Origin: Lytechinus pictus
Taxonomy: Eukaryota
Assembly: GCF_037042905.1 (NCBI RefSeq)
Contig: NC_087251.1
Location: forward strand, 35,774,001-35,838,000
Direction: 5' to 3'
Length of the DNA: 64,000 bases
A model generated the notes under the pieces. It ran no database searches and was not told the origin of the DNA. It saw only the letters and a list, made by a program, of their open reading frames with translations. This document shows, piece after piece, positions 34,962-48,541 of this stretch (within the stretch, counting starts at the first letter, position 1; each line of letters starts with the position of its first letter). Made by a program: the position numbers and the translations under genes.

Positions 34962-36614
34962 AAGAAATGCTGCACTTTATTTAAAACCCATGTCATTTTC
35001 ACCAAACTTTGCAGAGTTGCAGAGGAAGGTATACGTAAGAGGTGCAAACACTAACAAATATGGGTTCATGTGCTTATTTTCAAACTAGCAGCACTTTTAT
35101 TAGAGCAAATGTGTTTTTTAAAACACACACCAAAACGCGCCAAAAGCTTTGTACCTATGTGACGACAAATTTCAAACCATTCTACCATTCATTCAAACTC
35201 GGGGTCATATATTCTTCATATTTTGCAGCACTACAGAGTAAAGTATTTTAAAATTGTAGAGGATTTAAAAAAAAATGGTCCATGGAATAGCTTATTAGCT
35301 TCATAAAATAACACATCGGATTTGCATGCAAATATTATTTTCAGCCTGGAGTACACACCTTTGATAAAACAATGATTGATTGCACCCATGGCCTTTGCAA
35401 CAAAAACGATGAATTCTAGACCCTCGTGTAAAAATTCAAATTTTCTTTGAGGGAACACAACAAATTTTAATCAAGTGTCACTGACTTTGGGTGAAACTAA
35501 CTTCATCCACTTAAAAGTTTTGCATGCACGCTTTAGCGCCGACATGGCCGTAATATCAAAGTGTAGTTGAGTATATGCACATAGTAACTGTGCTATATAA
35601 ATTAACATAATATTAGACAGCATTATACTTATTCAACAAAATTTCCAGGGTTTTTTTAACGTTTTTATGTGTATATATTATCTAAATAATTTTGTATAGT
35701 AAACTGAACACTTTTAATGCATTGCTATAACTTCATGTATATTTGTATCCAATTCGCCCTGTATGAAATCTTTGTTGACTTATATATCGAATTGTCAAAA
35801 ATTGTCAACTTGGTTTTAAACGATTGTTATCGAATTGCGTAAAACTAACTTCATTCACTTTAAAGCTTGTGTATGATATTAATATTCAATCGACGATAGA
35901 CAGCAATATACTATGAAACTTAATGAAAATACAACTTTTTTCAGATATTGAAGAAAAAAAATTATTTCGGCAAAATGTTTACATATATATATTTTGTGGG
36001 TATTTGTGTATTTATGGTGAAAGTTTGATTCACTTTATGAGAATATTTTGTTCGATATTATTGAATTTGTGAAAAGTGTTCGGTAATACGATCCACTACC
36101 GTACGTTTGTTATAAGCTTATAATAGGAAAAGTGGATTAAGTTTGCAGAAGGGAGTAATAAGGTTTTTGGTGGGTCGGCTATTTCGATAATATCTTCCCA
36201 TGATAATAATATTAATTGAATTAATACACCAATGTGGAGGTGCCGTGGTTCGATCCCCGGCTGCGGCACCTTTGCCCGTGAGCTATGCATTGCTCTTTTG
36301 TCCTGCATTCAAATAAATGAAAATGCTATACGTATTCTTGGTAACTATAGGTGTGCACCTGTTTAAAAAAATACATTGTATCGTCTCAATAACAACAGAA
36401 AGTAATACCTTGTCAATGTGAGTCGGAATAAAGAAATTCATAACTATACCCAACTATAAATTCATATGATATGCATTTGTGGGTATATCATGAAGTGCTT
36501 TGCAACCTACAAACCAATTGCATTTGTCACGAAATTACTTTATTTTTTTAGTAAAAACAAAACTATTTCCTTCCAAACATTTCGTTAACTTTTGAGGTAC
36601 ACTCAATCATTTTT

Positions 36615-37489
36615 TTAACGAACCTTCGGAACAACGAACCTTATTTCGTTTTCGGATTAACGAACCTTCGGAACAACGAACCTTATTTCGTTTTCGGATT
36701 AACAAACCTTCGGAACAACGAACCTTATTTCGTTTTCGGATTATCGAACCTTCGGAACAACGAACCTTATTTCGTTTTCGGATTATCGAACCTTCGGAAC
36801 AACGAACCTTATTTCGTTTTCGGATTAACGAACCTTCGGAACAACGAACCTTATTTCGTTTTCGGATTATTGAACCTTCGGAACAACGAACCTTATTCCG
36901 TTTTCGGATTAACGAACCTTCGGAACAACGAACCTTATTTCGTTTTCGGATTATTGAACCTTCGGAACAACGAACCTTATTTCGTTTTCGGATTATCGAA
37001 CCTTCGGAACAACGAACCTTATTTCGTCTTCGGATTAACGAACCTTCGGAACAACGAACCTTATTTCGTTTTCGGATTATTGAACCTTCGGAACAACGAA
37101 TCTTATTTCGTTTTCGGATTAACGAACCTTCGGAACAACGAACCTTATTTCGTTTTCGGATTAACGAACCTTATTTCGTTTTCGGATTAACGAACCTAAT
37201 TTCGTTTTCGGATTAACGAACCTTCGGAAAAACGAACCTTATTTCGTTTTCGGATTAACGAACCTTCGGAACAACGAACCTTATTTCGTTTTCGGATTAA
37301 CGAACCTTCGGAACAACGAACCTTATTTCGTTTTCGGATTAACGAACCTTCGGAATAACGCCACAAATGTTCGAATTAACGAACCCTTTTTCGTTTTCGG
37401 ATTAACGAACATCGAGGTATAGGCAATGTACGTGTTTCGGAATTACGAACCTTCAGAATAAAGAACCTTCGGAATTACGAAGTGTAACC
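36615..37489 (+). repeat. 42-bp minisatellite (AACGAACCTTCGGAACAACGAACCTTATTTCGTTTTCGGATT)n, ending in a TGTAACC terminus
   Basis: About 18 near-identical units. The end motif resembles the TGTAACC end at 48156-48162, so this is probably a transposon subterminal array. Confidence 0.9.
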
Positions 37490-37591
37490 GTTTTTTTATC
37501 GGGGTTTTTTTGCGATCAGTGTTTAATATATTTTCATGTCTGCAGATGTACTGTATAAGCATGACACAAAAGAAAAGACATTTTACAAAAG

Positions 37592-37841
37592 ACAAAAAAT
37601 ATATCGATGATAACAATGTATTGTCATTGTTGTACCAAATAGGTTTGATACGAATCAAAGTATAACTTAGTATCGTAAATAAGTATAAGTCGTAAATTGG
37701 GAGTAAATGTTGAGGAATAGAGAAGCCCTGTCCCAATTTACGACTTATACTTATTTACGATACTAAGTTATACTTTGATTTGTATCAAACCTATTTGGTA
37801 CGACAATGACAAGACATTGTTATCATCGATATATTTTTTGT
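37592..37841. repeat. Near-perfect inverted repeat, arms about 110 bp with a 28-nt spacer
   Basis: AAAAAATATATCGATGATAACAATG...GTCGTAAATTGGGA and TCCCAATTTACGAC...CATTGTTATCATCGATATATTTTTT. Confidence 0.85.
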
Positions 37842-38014
37842 GAACATATATGTATATTTTGTAAACACATATATATTTTTTTGTGAACACATATATTTCA
37901 ATTAATGTACTGCATAACAATTTGTAGTCGTATCTGGTCATTTGCTTGTATATAATGTAACCTTTCGAATTTCACAGACATGGCCATCTTATTTTACCGG
38001 CGTGATGTATTGTG

Positions 38015-38570
38015 ATGTACCGTCATGACCACAAGATTTAGTAGGTTTAAATGATCGAACTATTTCTAAAATTTCATAAATATTGGTGGGATTGAAAAAT
38101 AAGGAATGTTCAGTGTGGTTATCTAAATATTTTATAAAGTCGTTTGCATTAGTTACTATTTTAGATGAAAGGTTAGGGCCAACATTGGTGAAAAAAAGAA
38201 TTGAACGCATTAGCAATTTCGGAAGGATCTTGCGTTTTATGCCCGTTTAGAAGGAAATCAACATTATTAAGATCATGCGTTTTTTTACCTAACATTTCAT
38301 TGACTGTTCCACAATGTTTTGTTATTATCTTTGTTGTTTTCTATTTTGTTAGAAAAGTACAATTTACGAGCTAGACGGATTATTGATGTTAATCTATTTC
38401 GATATTTTTTGTATTTGTTTATATGTTCTTGACTGGGAGATTTAAGCGATATCTTATATAATCGATTACGAGTGAATATTGATTTAATTATACCTTGGGT
38501 GATCCATGGTTGTTTATTCTTCTTTTTACTTGGGTTGATTCTAGTCAGAGGTATATTTTTGTCATTAAAT
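38015..38570 (-). mobile_element. CR1/L2-clade LINE ORF2 fragment (linker between endonuclease and RT), frameshifted
   Basis: KQPWITQGIIKSI..RNRLYK..YKKYRNRLTSIIRLARKLYF..KTLW and FFTNVGPNL..SLFFNPT..EI..IV..KSCGHDG. Confidence 0.85.
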
Positions 38571-39984
38571 TGTGGTCTATCAGCAACGTCCAATCGTCTT
38601 GTCATTTTTTTCGACTATATGTATGTATGTATGTGTGTGTGTGTGAGGGAGGGTGTGTGCATGAGGGTGTTCTTGCGTGTGTGTTTGTATATAAAAAGAA
38701 CAATGGAAAACTCAATTGTGTTCCCCCACCTTTCAGGAGAGATTTCAGCCCATGTCAGCACCCCCACTGAAAAAATCGTTCCCAGGGCCCTGCTGATAAA
38801 ATCTGAAAATAATCTATATAAAACAAATAAAGAGTAAAATTTAACTGTTAAAATCTAACAAAGTTGTTGAATTTTAGATATTTTCGTTTAAAAAAAAAGT
38901 TATTATGCACGCCATCATGAATATACAATGGGTTAGTGGTGCCATCATAACATTTTTCTTACAGTTATGAAACCATTGTCATTCATACTTTCATAAATAA
39001 GTGCATAATATATCAATATATTTCATATAATGAAATACAATAGATTAAATGGGAATTGCTTGCTGATTGCATTATTCATGAACTGTTTCACCAAAAAAAT
39101 GCAAAACTTGACAATTTAATTATTTTGTCATTCCTTGTTTGATGTTGGTTGAATTTCCAGTGTTTTATTTTGTCGAATCTCACTTTATCTTTTCAAATCA
39201 TATAATTTTTTTTCAAAGGTTCAATCATTTGGAATAACCTTCCTTTATATATAAAAGATAGCCCTTCCCTTTCCGTTTTCAAAAGGAGACTAAAATCATA
39301 TTTAATTGACAACTACACTACTTAATTCATTTTCTATATTACAGGCTTTATCGTTACTTAGTTTATGTTACGTATTTAGGTTTTTTAGGTGTTGTATATT
39401 GTAAGTTTTTTTTTGGTATAATTTGTTCTATTGGTGGCAGCACCACTAAGGCTTCTAATCTGTCTCCTCGTTTCATGAATTATGTCCATTTCTTGTATAT
39501 TCCAATATGTTTTGTAAATGTTATTTTTAATGTATGAACGAAATAAATGCATATGAATATGAATAAATGAATTTCCAGCATGGAGTACCCTTTTAAGTTG
39601 ACTATCATGTTTATGGAAAACAGTTCCGTGTGGAACCTAAAACGTTCTAAGAAACCATTTTCAACAGTAAATCTTTTCAAAATGAATGAATCTTTGTTCA
39701 TTTTTCTTCAAATGTTCATCATATTCATTCCATAATATTTATTTCACATTTTTGCACTTAACAACCACTTGTATCACTTGTTCTCTCTTCTACACATTCT
39801 CTCCAATCACTCTATTTAATGACTATTGGCAATTCAATGTATGTTTGCAAGTCTCTAACAATAAAAGAAACAAACGGGAACAGCATTTCAATTAATACAA
39901 CCATTTAATAGGAATAACAGATCAAATAAATATAGCATTCAAATCTATTACAATTATAAGGATTAGTTCATCCTGCTAATACTA

Positions 39985-40380
39985 CAGGAGGATATTTATC
40001 CTAATTTCAAGGCTATGCAAGGATAAATTTATCTTAATTTCAAAGCTACATGAGGATAAATTTATCCTAATTTCAAGGCTACACGAGGATAAATTTATCC
40101 TAATTTCAAAGCTTCACGAGGATAAATTTATCCTAATTTCAAGGCTACACGAGGATAAATTTATCTTAATTTCAAGGATACACGAGGATAAATTTATCTT
40201 AATTTCAAGGCTTCATGAGGATAAATTTATCCTAATTTCAAAGCTACATGAGGATAAATTTATCTTCGTTTCAAAGCTACATGAGGATAAATTTATCTTA
40301 ATTTCAAAGCTTCACGAGGATAAATTTATCCTCATGTAGCTTTGAAATTAGGATAAATTTATCCTCATGAAGCCTTGAAA
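39985..40380. repeat. 33-bp minisatellite GAGGATAAATTTATCCTAATTTCAAAGCTACAT with an orientation switch near 40325
   Basis: About ten direct units followed by two inverted units. Confidence 0.9.
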
Positions 40381-41969
40381 GAAATTCTTAACCTTAAAAG
40401 GATCCAAGTACGTGACAAAGAAAGGTTCTAAAATGTCCAAGTGACATATCCCTATTGTTTTACAAACTTCAGATTCGCTTCCAACAGACCAACATATTGA
40501 GAATGAAATTAATAAGATATAATCATTGTCACAAGACAAGTTGCAAAGGGCCATGGGAACGATTTTAAACAGGGGTGGTGGTTTATATTTGACGATCAAA
40601 ACACACCCCCCCCCCCCCCCCCCAAAAAAAAAAAAAAAAAAAAAAAAAAGAGCGCTGCAAGATTTGGGTCAAGGAAAATTTTGACAAGCAAAAAAAAAGC
40701 GTTTTACTACAAAATGTACATTTTTATCTTACATTTTTGCTATTTAGCATACCTACCAGATGCCGAGGGTGAACACACGCAGCACCCCCTGCCTGTGGAT
40801 AACACACGCAGCACCCACAGGTAATTCCTGGGGTGCTTCAACATCCCCATGCAGCTCCCCCCGCTTCACAGGGCCATGGAGTTGCAGGCTTGCAGCCGCA
40901 TACGCCAAGTCGAATGATTTCAAATATTTTTGTTTTTTCAAGAAAAATTCACCATTAATGACCAAATGAAAAAAAGAAAGGTTATTTGTACAAACTTGTC
41001 CATGAGGTAACTATAGACTGGCTTATTGATTCGGCACCTTCAGCTTCATCTTGTCCGTTCCTCTGTAATTTATGTTCAATGGGTGGTGCTGCTACGTACA
41101 AAATACATATTGATTTCATGTATGACTTTATAGAAAGTAATTAGAATTGTAATCATGGGCGGAAATCTGTCCTCAAAGGTAGAGGGGACCAGAGGCTGGA
41201 AAGTTTGACAAGCCCCCCCCCCCAAAAAAAAAAAAAGTTTATCACCAAAAATGTAAGGTAATTTATTTATTTTTGGTAGGGGGACGCGTCTGCCCATGAT
41301 TTGTAAGTGCAGAAGCTGTAATTTAAGTGAAAATTTAAAAATAACATTATTTTCATCGATTACATACTTGTAATTGTGATGAAGAAAAAAATAATAATTG
41401 AACCCAATCCCGCAGTTTGTTTGCAGCGGGATTCCTAGTTATAAAAAGTGGACCGTTCTAGTTTATGATGCAGGCCCGCATATGTTCAGTTTCATTACTT
41501 CCTAAGGTAGATCCAGCTTTCCCCCCATTGGAGGGAGGCGGAAAATTATCATAATCCACATTTTCCCCGATCGGCCGCTTAAAACTAACTAAAGGCTGAA
41601 TGTTTAGATCTACATCTTAACTTTTAACGAACAAGATAAGGTATCTCATAAAAAACATAGATGAAAAATCCAACCCGAGCCAAAAATTGTAGTATATTAG
41701 ATGACCTAAAAAGGGACCTGTCAAGGACTGTTTTCAGTGGTACATAATGCGAGTGCGAAGCGCGAGCGGAAAATTTTAATATTCTGACCTGAAAAATTGT
41801 AATTCTAAGCATTTTTTGTAACCATGATAAGGATGATAGATGCGAGCTCGAAGCGCGAGGTGAAAATGTTTGATATTCCGACCTAAAACTGGACAGTTTA
41901 AAAGAACAAAGTACACGAGCAGCAATTTACACCTAAAATCGGATCAGGTTCGCCCAAATTACTAGCACA

Positions 41970-42125
41970 TATCTGCGGACTAGTGGTTAAGGCACCTGCG
42001 TTCTAAACTGTGGGCCCGGGTTCGATTCCAAACAGAGAAATTTTTCGGCCTTATCAAATTTTTAGAGAGGGAGATCAGCTCTGGGGGAACTTTGATTTAA
42101 GCTACGCCTACCATATATTGTTCTC
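41970..42125 (+). repeat. Third, degenerate copy of the tRNA-like unit with the same downstream flank
   Basis: CTAGTGGTTAAGGCACCTGCGTTCTAAAC..GGCCCGGGTTCGATTCC..AGCTCTGGGGGAACTTTGATTTAAGCTACGCCTACCA. Confidence 0.7.
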
Positions 42126-43169
42126 TATAGACCTTTTCATTTTGTTTCATAATTTGAATTCATAATTATTATATAGGCCTAAATTAAATGACCCAAGTTT
42201 TCTAATTGATTTCCTCCCCTTGTTTTGTTTCTTTTCTTTACCCTCTCCTTTCCTGTTTCCTAATTCTCTCTTCACGGTAATTTCCTCTTCATTTTTTTCT
42301 TTTGCTGTTGACAAAAGAAGGGGGTCCGCGGCCAGAACCGACCGAGGGACCCCCCCCCCCGTGGCGCATCCAGGAGGGGGATCGACACATCCGGTCCGTC
42401 GTGCCCCCACCTTTTGAGAGTCATTTTGAATGTAAATATGCCGTTAATACTGTATAGACGAGACGTGTGCCCCCCCCCCCCCTCCCTTGAGCCGTCACAG
42501 TGAAATATTTTTAATGGGAATATGTCGTACGTAGGACCTACGAGAGGACTTTTTTTCTTATCAAATTTTCCTAGGGAAATTGTGCCCCCCCCCCCCCCCC
42601 CCCAGTTGGGCCTACTCTGGCCTGCGTGAACAGTGGCGTACCGTGGGTCACGGCATTGGGGGGCACCAGCAAAAATTTTGAGTCACTTAGTGAGCGCGCG
42701 TAGCGCGCTCAGTTGCTAGGTATACTGACCTAATAGAGACATTTTAAGTACAGTTCATTAAAGGGATATGTATGTCACTGATCAAATAATGCGAGCGCGA
42801 AGCGCGAGCTGAAAATTTTTGATATTCAGACCCAAAAAGGGACATTATAAGCAAATTATTGTAATCATGATATCTACCTGTCTCGCTAAAGAAACAATGC
42901 GAACGCGAAGCGCGAGCTGAAATTTTGGGGACATCCCGATAGACCGCGGGTCCGATAGACCGCGGGTCCGATAGACCGCGGGTCCGATAGTCCGCGGGTC
43001 CGATAGACCGCGGGTCCGATAGTCCGCAGTGTGTGTAAAATTATGATCAGATATATCAAATGTCATCGAGAGGTCCAAAGGTCAAATGATACGAGGCCAT
43101 GGGGTTCTATCAGGTGCGGATCCATGGAGGGCCGAGGGGGAACTGCCTCACCCCCTCCACCCCCAGCTC

Positions 43170-43880
43170 AAAAAAAAGAGGGGGGAAGAGGGGAAAAGGG
43201 AGAGAATAAAAAAAGAAAGAGGAAGATGGGAAAAGAAGAGAATAGAAAAGAGAGTAAGAAGGAGAAAGGAAGAGAAGAAAAAGGGGAAAGGAAAGACAAA
43301 GAAAAAAGGGAGAAGAAAAGGGGAAAGAAGAGGGGAAAAAGAGGAGGGAAAAGGAAGAGAAGAAAAGAAAGGAGAAAGGAAAAGGAGGAAAAAGAAGAAA
43401 AAAAAGAGGAACGAAGAGAAGAATATTTAAATAGAGAGGAAGATGGGAAGAAAGATAAGAAAAAAGAGAGAGAGAGGAAGAGGGGAAGAAGAGAAGAAAG
43501 AGAGAGAGGGAGGAAGGGGAGAGAGAGAAGAAAAATATTAAAAGAGAAAAAAGGGAGAAGGAAAGAAAAAGAAAAAGAAAAAGGGAGAATTAAAGGGGAA
43601 AAGAGAAAAAAAGTGGAAGAGGGAAAAGAAGAGAACGGAGTAAGGAAAAGGGGGAAAAGAAGAAGAAAAAAGAGCGAGAGTAAGTGGGAAGAGAGGAAAA
43701 ACGAGAAAAGAGGGAAAGAAAAGACAGCAAAAAGAGAAGAAAAGGGGGAAAGAAAAGATGGGGGAAAGAGAAGAAAGGGGGGAAAAGAAGAGGGGGAAAG
43801 AAAGAGAGAAAGGAAGGAAGGGGAATGAGGATAAAAGAAAGAAAAAAGAAAGAAAAGGAGATGGGAAACGGAAGAGGGAG
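43170..43880 (+). repeat. Polypurine (A/G) low-complexity tract
   Basis: About 700 nt almost free of pyrimidines; explains the K/E/R/G ORF 43031..43828. Confidence 0.9.
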
Positions 43881-44430
43881 ATGTTGACCTGGACGTCGAT
43901 TTGATGGCGCCAAAATGACGTTCGAACTATGGGGCGCCGAATTGATGTTCGATCTAGCGGGGCACCAAATTGATGTTCGAACTAGGGGAGCGCTAATTTG
44001 AATTTTGACCATAATGCGACAAATACATGTTTCAGAGAGGGGAGGGAGGGCAAAGTTATATTTCACATGATGGGGGCGCCAAGTTTATGTTCAACCGAGG
44101 GCGCCAAATTGACCTTGAACTTAGAGGGCTTCATGCAAATTCATTTTCGACCGGGGACGCAACATTGCCTGTTTATAGTAAAATATATGTCCTGTAAAAA
44201 AACTTCAATTAATGCGGCTGAATTAAAATATCCCGTTTTTACGATAACAGAAAAAAAAATATTTTCGAGTTTTAAGTCTGTTTAGCGAGATAGATACCCT
44301 GTTCAGGGTCACAAAAATGGGTTATTGTCAAATTCAGCTCGCGCTACGCGCTCGCAATATTTGATTAATGAGGTATGCATCCTCTGCTTCAATCCCACAT
44401 GTAAGTGTTAGTGTTTTTCAAGTCAACATA

Positions 44431-46344
44431 CATAGGTCGATCCAGGTGGCAAAGATTTTGCCCCCCCCCCCCCCATGGTGGCGCAAAAAGGGGTAAGAAA
44501 CAGAAAAAAGGAAGAGAAAAGGACAAGCAATTAGAATAGGAATTATACCTTAGTCCTTCTTAAGTCAGTATATAAATACAGCTCAATAGGCTGCTATGTA
44601 GTTTAAAATATCGATCTTTCATTATTTTGTTTTATTTACCAATTTATGTTTTAAGTGCTCTGGAAAATGTCCGTTTTATGGTTTGAATCAACATTTGCAA
44701 CATTTTGTGCGCTCGCACTATATGCCAAGTAGGCCTATGTATTGTCTTTTTATATTTCATATAAGATTCTCTAAATATACCTTTTCAGGTGTCTCGATTA
44801 TAAAAAAAGTAATAAAGGCCTATGAGCTAGCGCTGTGCGCTCGCGTTTTGATTGGTGAGTTATGTATACCTATATATTAATTTTATAACAAACTACTTAA
44901 ATCCCCCCATTAAAAGAAAAATCCGGATCGCGATTTGCGCTCGCATTATTTGCTAAAAATATATCAACCAATGAATCCTATTCATGATTACAAAAATACT
45001 TAAAATATCCAGTTTTCAGGCCTCATGCACTGTCAACAAATTTCACACACTCATTAGGCTTAACAGATTAATAAATATGAAATAAAATTTGTATAAATTC
45101 ATTATAACTAAATTGTCCCTTTTTCAGAAATAAATTTTTAGGAAAACAAAGAGAAGATAGTCATCATTCTTATATGATGACAAAATGTCCTTAGGCCTAA
45201 AATGTCTCGATCCTAGGTCAAATAAATAATAAAATATCAGCTCGCGCTTCGCGCTCGCATTATTTATATAGTGCTATCAAATTTCCCTATATACACAGTG
45301 CTGTAAACAGTGCTTAAATTGACCCTTTTCATATCGGAATTTCAAATATTATTTTCAGCTCGGGCTCTGCGCTCGCATTATTGATTTTTATGATGAAAAA
45401 TGAAATGTATTCAGATTGCCAGGATTCTGTCTAACTCTAAAACACGCGCACGCATGTTTTTAGGATACAAAGCTTGATCTTATTCAAAACGTGCTAAAAT
45501 TATCCAGTTTCGAATCAGAATATCAAAAAAATTTTGCTCGCGCTTTGCGCTCGCATTATTATTGTAGGAAGATACCAAAAATTACCCATCCTTTTTCATG
45601 ATTGACAAACATGAATCGAATGTCCCATTGGGGGATTTGAAATCTCATCTTTTTAGGTTGGAATATCAAAAATGTTCAGCTCGCGCTTCGCGCTCGCATT
45701 ATTTAATCGTTGAATGGCTAACTGCAAAACATCCTTAACATGTCCCTTTTCGACCAGGCCAGAACGAATATTTTACATTTCTGCTCGGCTTCGCGCTCGT
45801 GGTAATTATCTAGTTATATACGCTGTTCAGGTTCACAAACATTGCCCAAAATGTTCAATTTTCAGGACAAAATACATGAAATTTCATTTTTAGATTACAT
45901 AGGGCTTAAGAGATTATTACACATTTATGTTGCTTATAAAGTAAAGCTAGGAAATGACTGTTAGGACATGGGTGTTTTGCCCCCCCCCAAAAAAAAAAAA
46001 AGAAGAAGAGAGAATCAAGACTAAGAAAAAATAGAGAGAAAAGGAAAGGGATAAGGATGAAATATAATATTATTTTCCAAATATTATGTCAAAATCTATC
46101 ACAACCTTGTATTTTTGTAATAAAAATGTCAGCATATTTGCTTGCTCGCTTCGCTCACTGGCAACTTCTTATTAATTTTATGCGATACACCATATCGAGC
46201 CCCCTCGAATTTGTTGGCTCATTACGGCACTGGGACATTCCCTTCAAAGAAACCAAAAAAAATCAACTTTGAGCGGCCGATCGGGGAAAATATGGGTGAA
46301 AAAATGGCCCCTCCCCCTAATGGCGGAAGCTGGGTCCGCCCCTG
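44431..46344 (+). mobile_element. hAT-like non-autonomous element with GCTCGCGCTTCGCGCTCGC internal repeats (same family as 3301-8378)
   Basis: Ends CATAGGTCGATCCAGG / CTGGGTCCGCCCCTG; long internal similarity to 3550-5180 plus 8283-8378. TSD not resolved. Confidence 0.6.
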
Positions 46345-47220
46345 ACTTAGGCTTTCAGGATATAATACATGATAAATCTATTTAAAAAAATCAGATCGCG
46401 CTTCGCGTTCTCATTATTTATTTAGGCCTTGTGAGATACCTCAATTTGTTTTTAAAAATGAAATATCAGATTTTCTTTGACGTCTACCCCCCCATTTCAT
46501 TTATTTTTTTTAACTTGGTGCTCTCGCCACCCATCCCCCCCCCCCCCCCGTGCATGATGAGGAGAATTAGTCGATTGCTTCGAGATTGCATTATTCCCAA
46601 GAGGTGATCATTAATATTATTGAAGGGTATTCTAACACAACAGTACAGAAACTACAGCTCCCGTTCACAGAATATTCTAGTAGGGCCTACTCTGGTAAGA
46701 AGTTAAACCAAATTGAACCCCCCCCCCAAAAAAAAAAAAAAAAAAAATCGCTCGTGCTTTGCGCTCCCATTGATATTACATTATATATTAATGGATTTTT
46801 TTTTCAAGAACACATGAAAAAGTGGTCTTTGGTTTTTTTAAAATGTGATTATAAGATAATTCAAAATCCATTTAAGGCACTTTAGTTAGCCTGGCCGGGA
46901 GGGAGTGGGCGCCACTTTTCGAAAAGTACACATATGGGCGCCAAAAATCAGGTCAAATTTGCCCCCCCTCCCTCCCCACGGAATCCTGGATCCGCGCCTG
47001 GGTTCTATAACAATAACCCAATTAGGGCAATCACCCCCTGACAACTACTTCAAGGAAAATATTATCCCCATATTTTTACCGGCGGGGACTGATACCCCCC
47101 CTCCCGGAAATTTACCCTCCAGATAATTACCCCGGATAATTACCCCTAGTATGGAGCCTTGAAAATGCCATTAACGTGACGACATGGCGTGGTACTTTAT
47201 CTTGCCATGTCTTAATTAAT

Positions 47221-47556
47221 CATTGGCGGCGGAAGGCAAACAAATTTAGGGGGGTCCACCTGAAATTTTGGGATGGACACAGGTAAAAAAATTGACAAGC
47301 AAATCAACCAAAATTTATAGGAAGGACCACCAATTTTGAAAAAATGTTGACAAGAAAAAAGGTTATAAACCAAAATTAGGGGGACAAAAATATTTTAGGG
47401 GGGTCCACCTCAATTTAGGGGGGACGTAGAAAACAAATTGACAAGCAAAAAAAAGGTTCTCAACTAAAAATCTAGGGGGGACCGTCCCCCACCTCAAATT
47501 TAGGCGGAAAGGTCCCCCCCCCCCCCCCCCCCCCCCCCCCGCTTCCGCCGCCTAAG
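47221..47556. mobile_element. hAT-type MITE
   Basis: TIR CATTGGCGGCGGAAG / CTTCCGCCGCCTAAG, 8-bp TSD TAATTAAT. Confidence 0.75.
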
Positions 47557-48541
47557 TAATTAATACGCTTATTATTTTGACATAGCGATATATTCTATCT
47601 TGTCAAGTCGATATGTCCACATGGCGAGATACTAGTGTACAAGCCCCGGCGAGAATCCCGATATATCGCTATGTTGACATGTAACTTTTTATAAGTGGAC
47701 TGACTTGGCAGGATAACGTATCGCGCCATTATTTAGTCGACATGGCAAGATAAAGTATCTCGCCATGTCGTCAAGTCGATGGCTCCGTATGGCGTCTAGA
47801 GGGTAAATTTCCGGGGGGGGGGGGTAACAGTCCCTGACGATAAAATATGGGGATAATATTTTCCTTGAAGTAGATGTCAGGGGGCGATTGTCCTTTGGGT
47901 CATCGTTATAGAACCCCAATGGACTCGTATCATTGGCCTTTTGACCTCTTGATGGCATTGGATCTCACTATATCCTGACCATAATTTTACACACACCGCG
48001 GGCTATCGGACCCGCGGTCTATCGGACCCGCGGACTATCGGACCCGCGGTCTATCGGACCCGCGGTCTATCGGACCCGCGGACTATCGGACCCGCGGTCT
48101 ATCGGACCCGCGGGCTATCGGACCCGCGGTCTATCGGACCCGCGGTCTATCGGGCTGTAACCATGTATAGTTTGACCCTATACAGGGATATTTTAAGGAC
48201 TATTTTTTTAAGGAATCCATTAAGAGTATACATATCTCCGAGTCACCATAGTCATCTAATGCGAGTGTCAAGCGCCTGCTGATTTGTTAAAATTACATCT
48301 AAACACACGAAGCACTTTTTGTAGTCGTAATCATGATTATCATACGCATCTCACTAATCAAATATTGCGAGCGCGAGCTGAATATTTAGGAAATTCAGAC
48401 CTGAAGATGGGCATTCTGAGGCTTGTTTGTAGGAATTCACTAAGACCATACGTATTTCACTAACCGAATGATACGAGCGCGAAGCGCGAGCTGATAATTT
48501 TTTATATTCACATATTTAACTTAGAAAAAGGGACATTTTAA

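Larger units (their letters stand above)
30845..36604. mobile_element. Sola-like non-autonomous element with long internal repeat arrays and nested inserts
   Basis: GAG...CTC termini (GAGGGTACCCAAA / TTTGAGGTACACTC), 4-bp flanks AATT/AATC, repeated AAATCCATGTCATTTTCATCA..AAAATATGGGGTCC units. Confidence 0.5.
43111..47000. mobile_element. hAT-type non-autonomous element inserted in the left TIR of the foldback element
   Basis: TIR CAGGTGCGGATCC / GGATCCGCGCCTG, perfect 8-bp TSD GGTTCTAT (43103-43110 and 47001-47008). Confidence 0.85.
42927..48162. mobile_element. Foldback-like TIR element with 16-bp subterminal tandem repeats (CCGATAGACCGCGGGT)n
   Basis: Ends GGGGACATCCCGATAG and reverse complement GGTTACAGCCCGATAG. 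The 16-mer arrays are inverted relative to each other, and the imperfect TIR continues for a few hundred bp (left arm interrupted at 43111-47000). No TSD seen. Confidence 0.75.

Noticed and set aside
36615-37489. Possible CRISPR-like array or 14-aa repeat protein (NLRNNEPYFVFGLT)n
   Set aside because: Units are contiguous with no unique spacers, the context is eukaryotic, and the ORF results from the 42-bp period.
40752-40910. GC-rich segment with a possible 61-nt exon (40760-40820) or a minus-strand ORF
   Set aside because: No recognisable protein similarity and no partner exons; cannot be supported.
43031-43828. 265-aa K/E/R/G-rich ORF
   Set aside because: Translation of a polypurine tract inside a hAT-type element; stop codons are absent only because T is absent.
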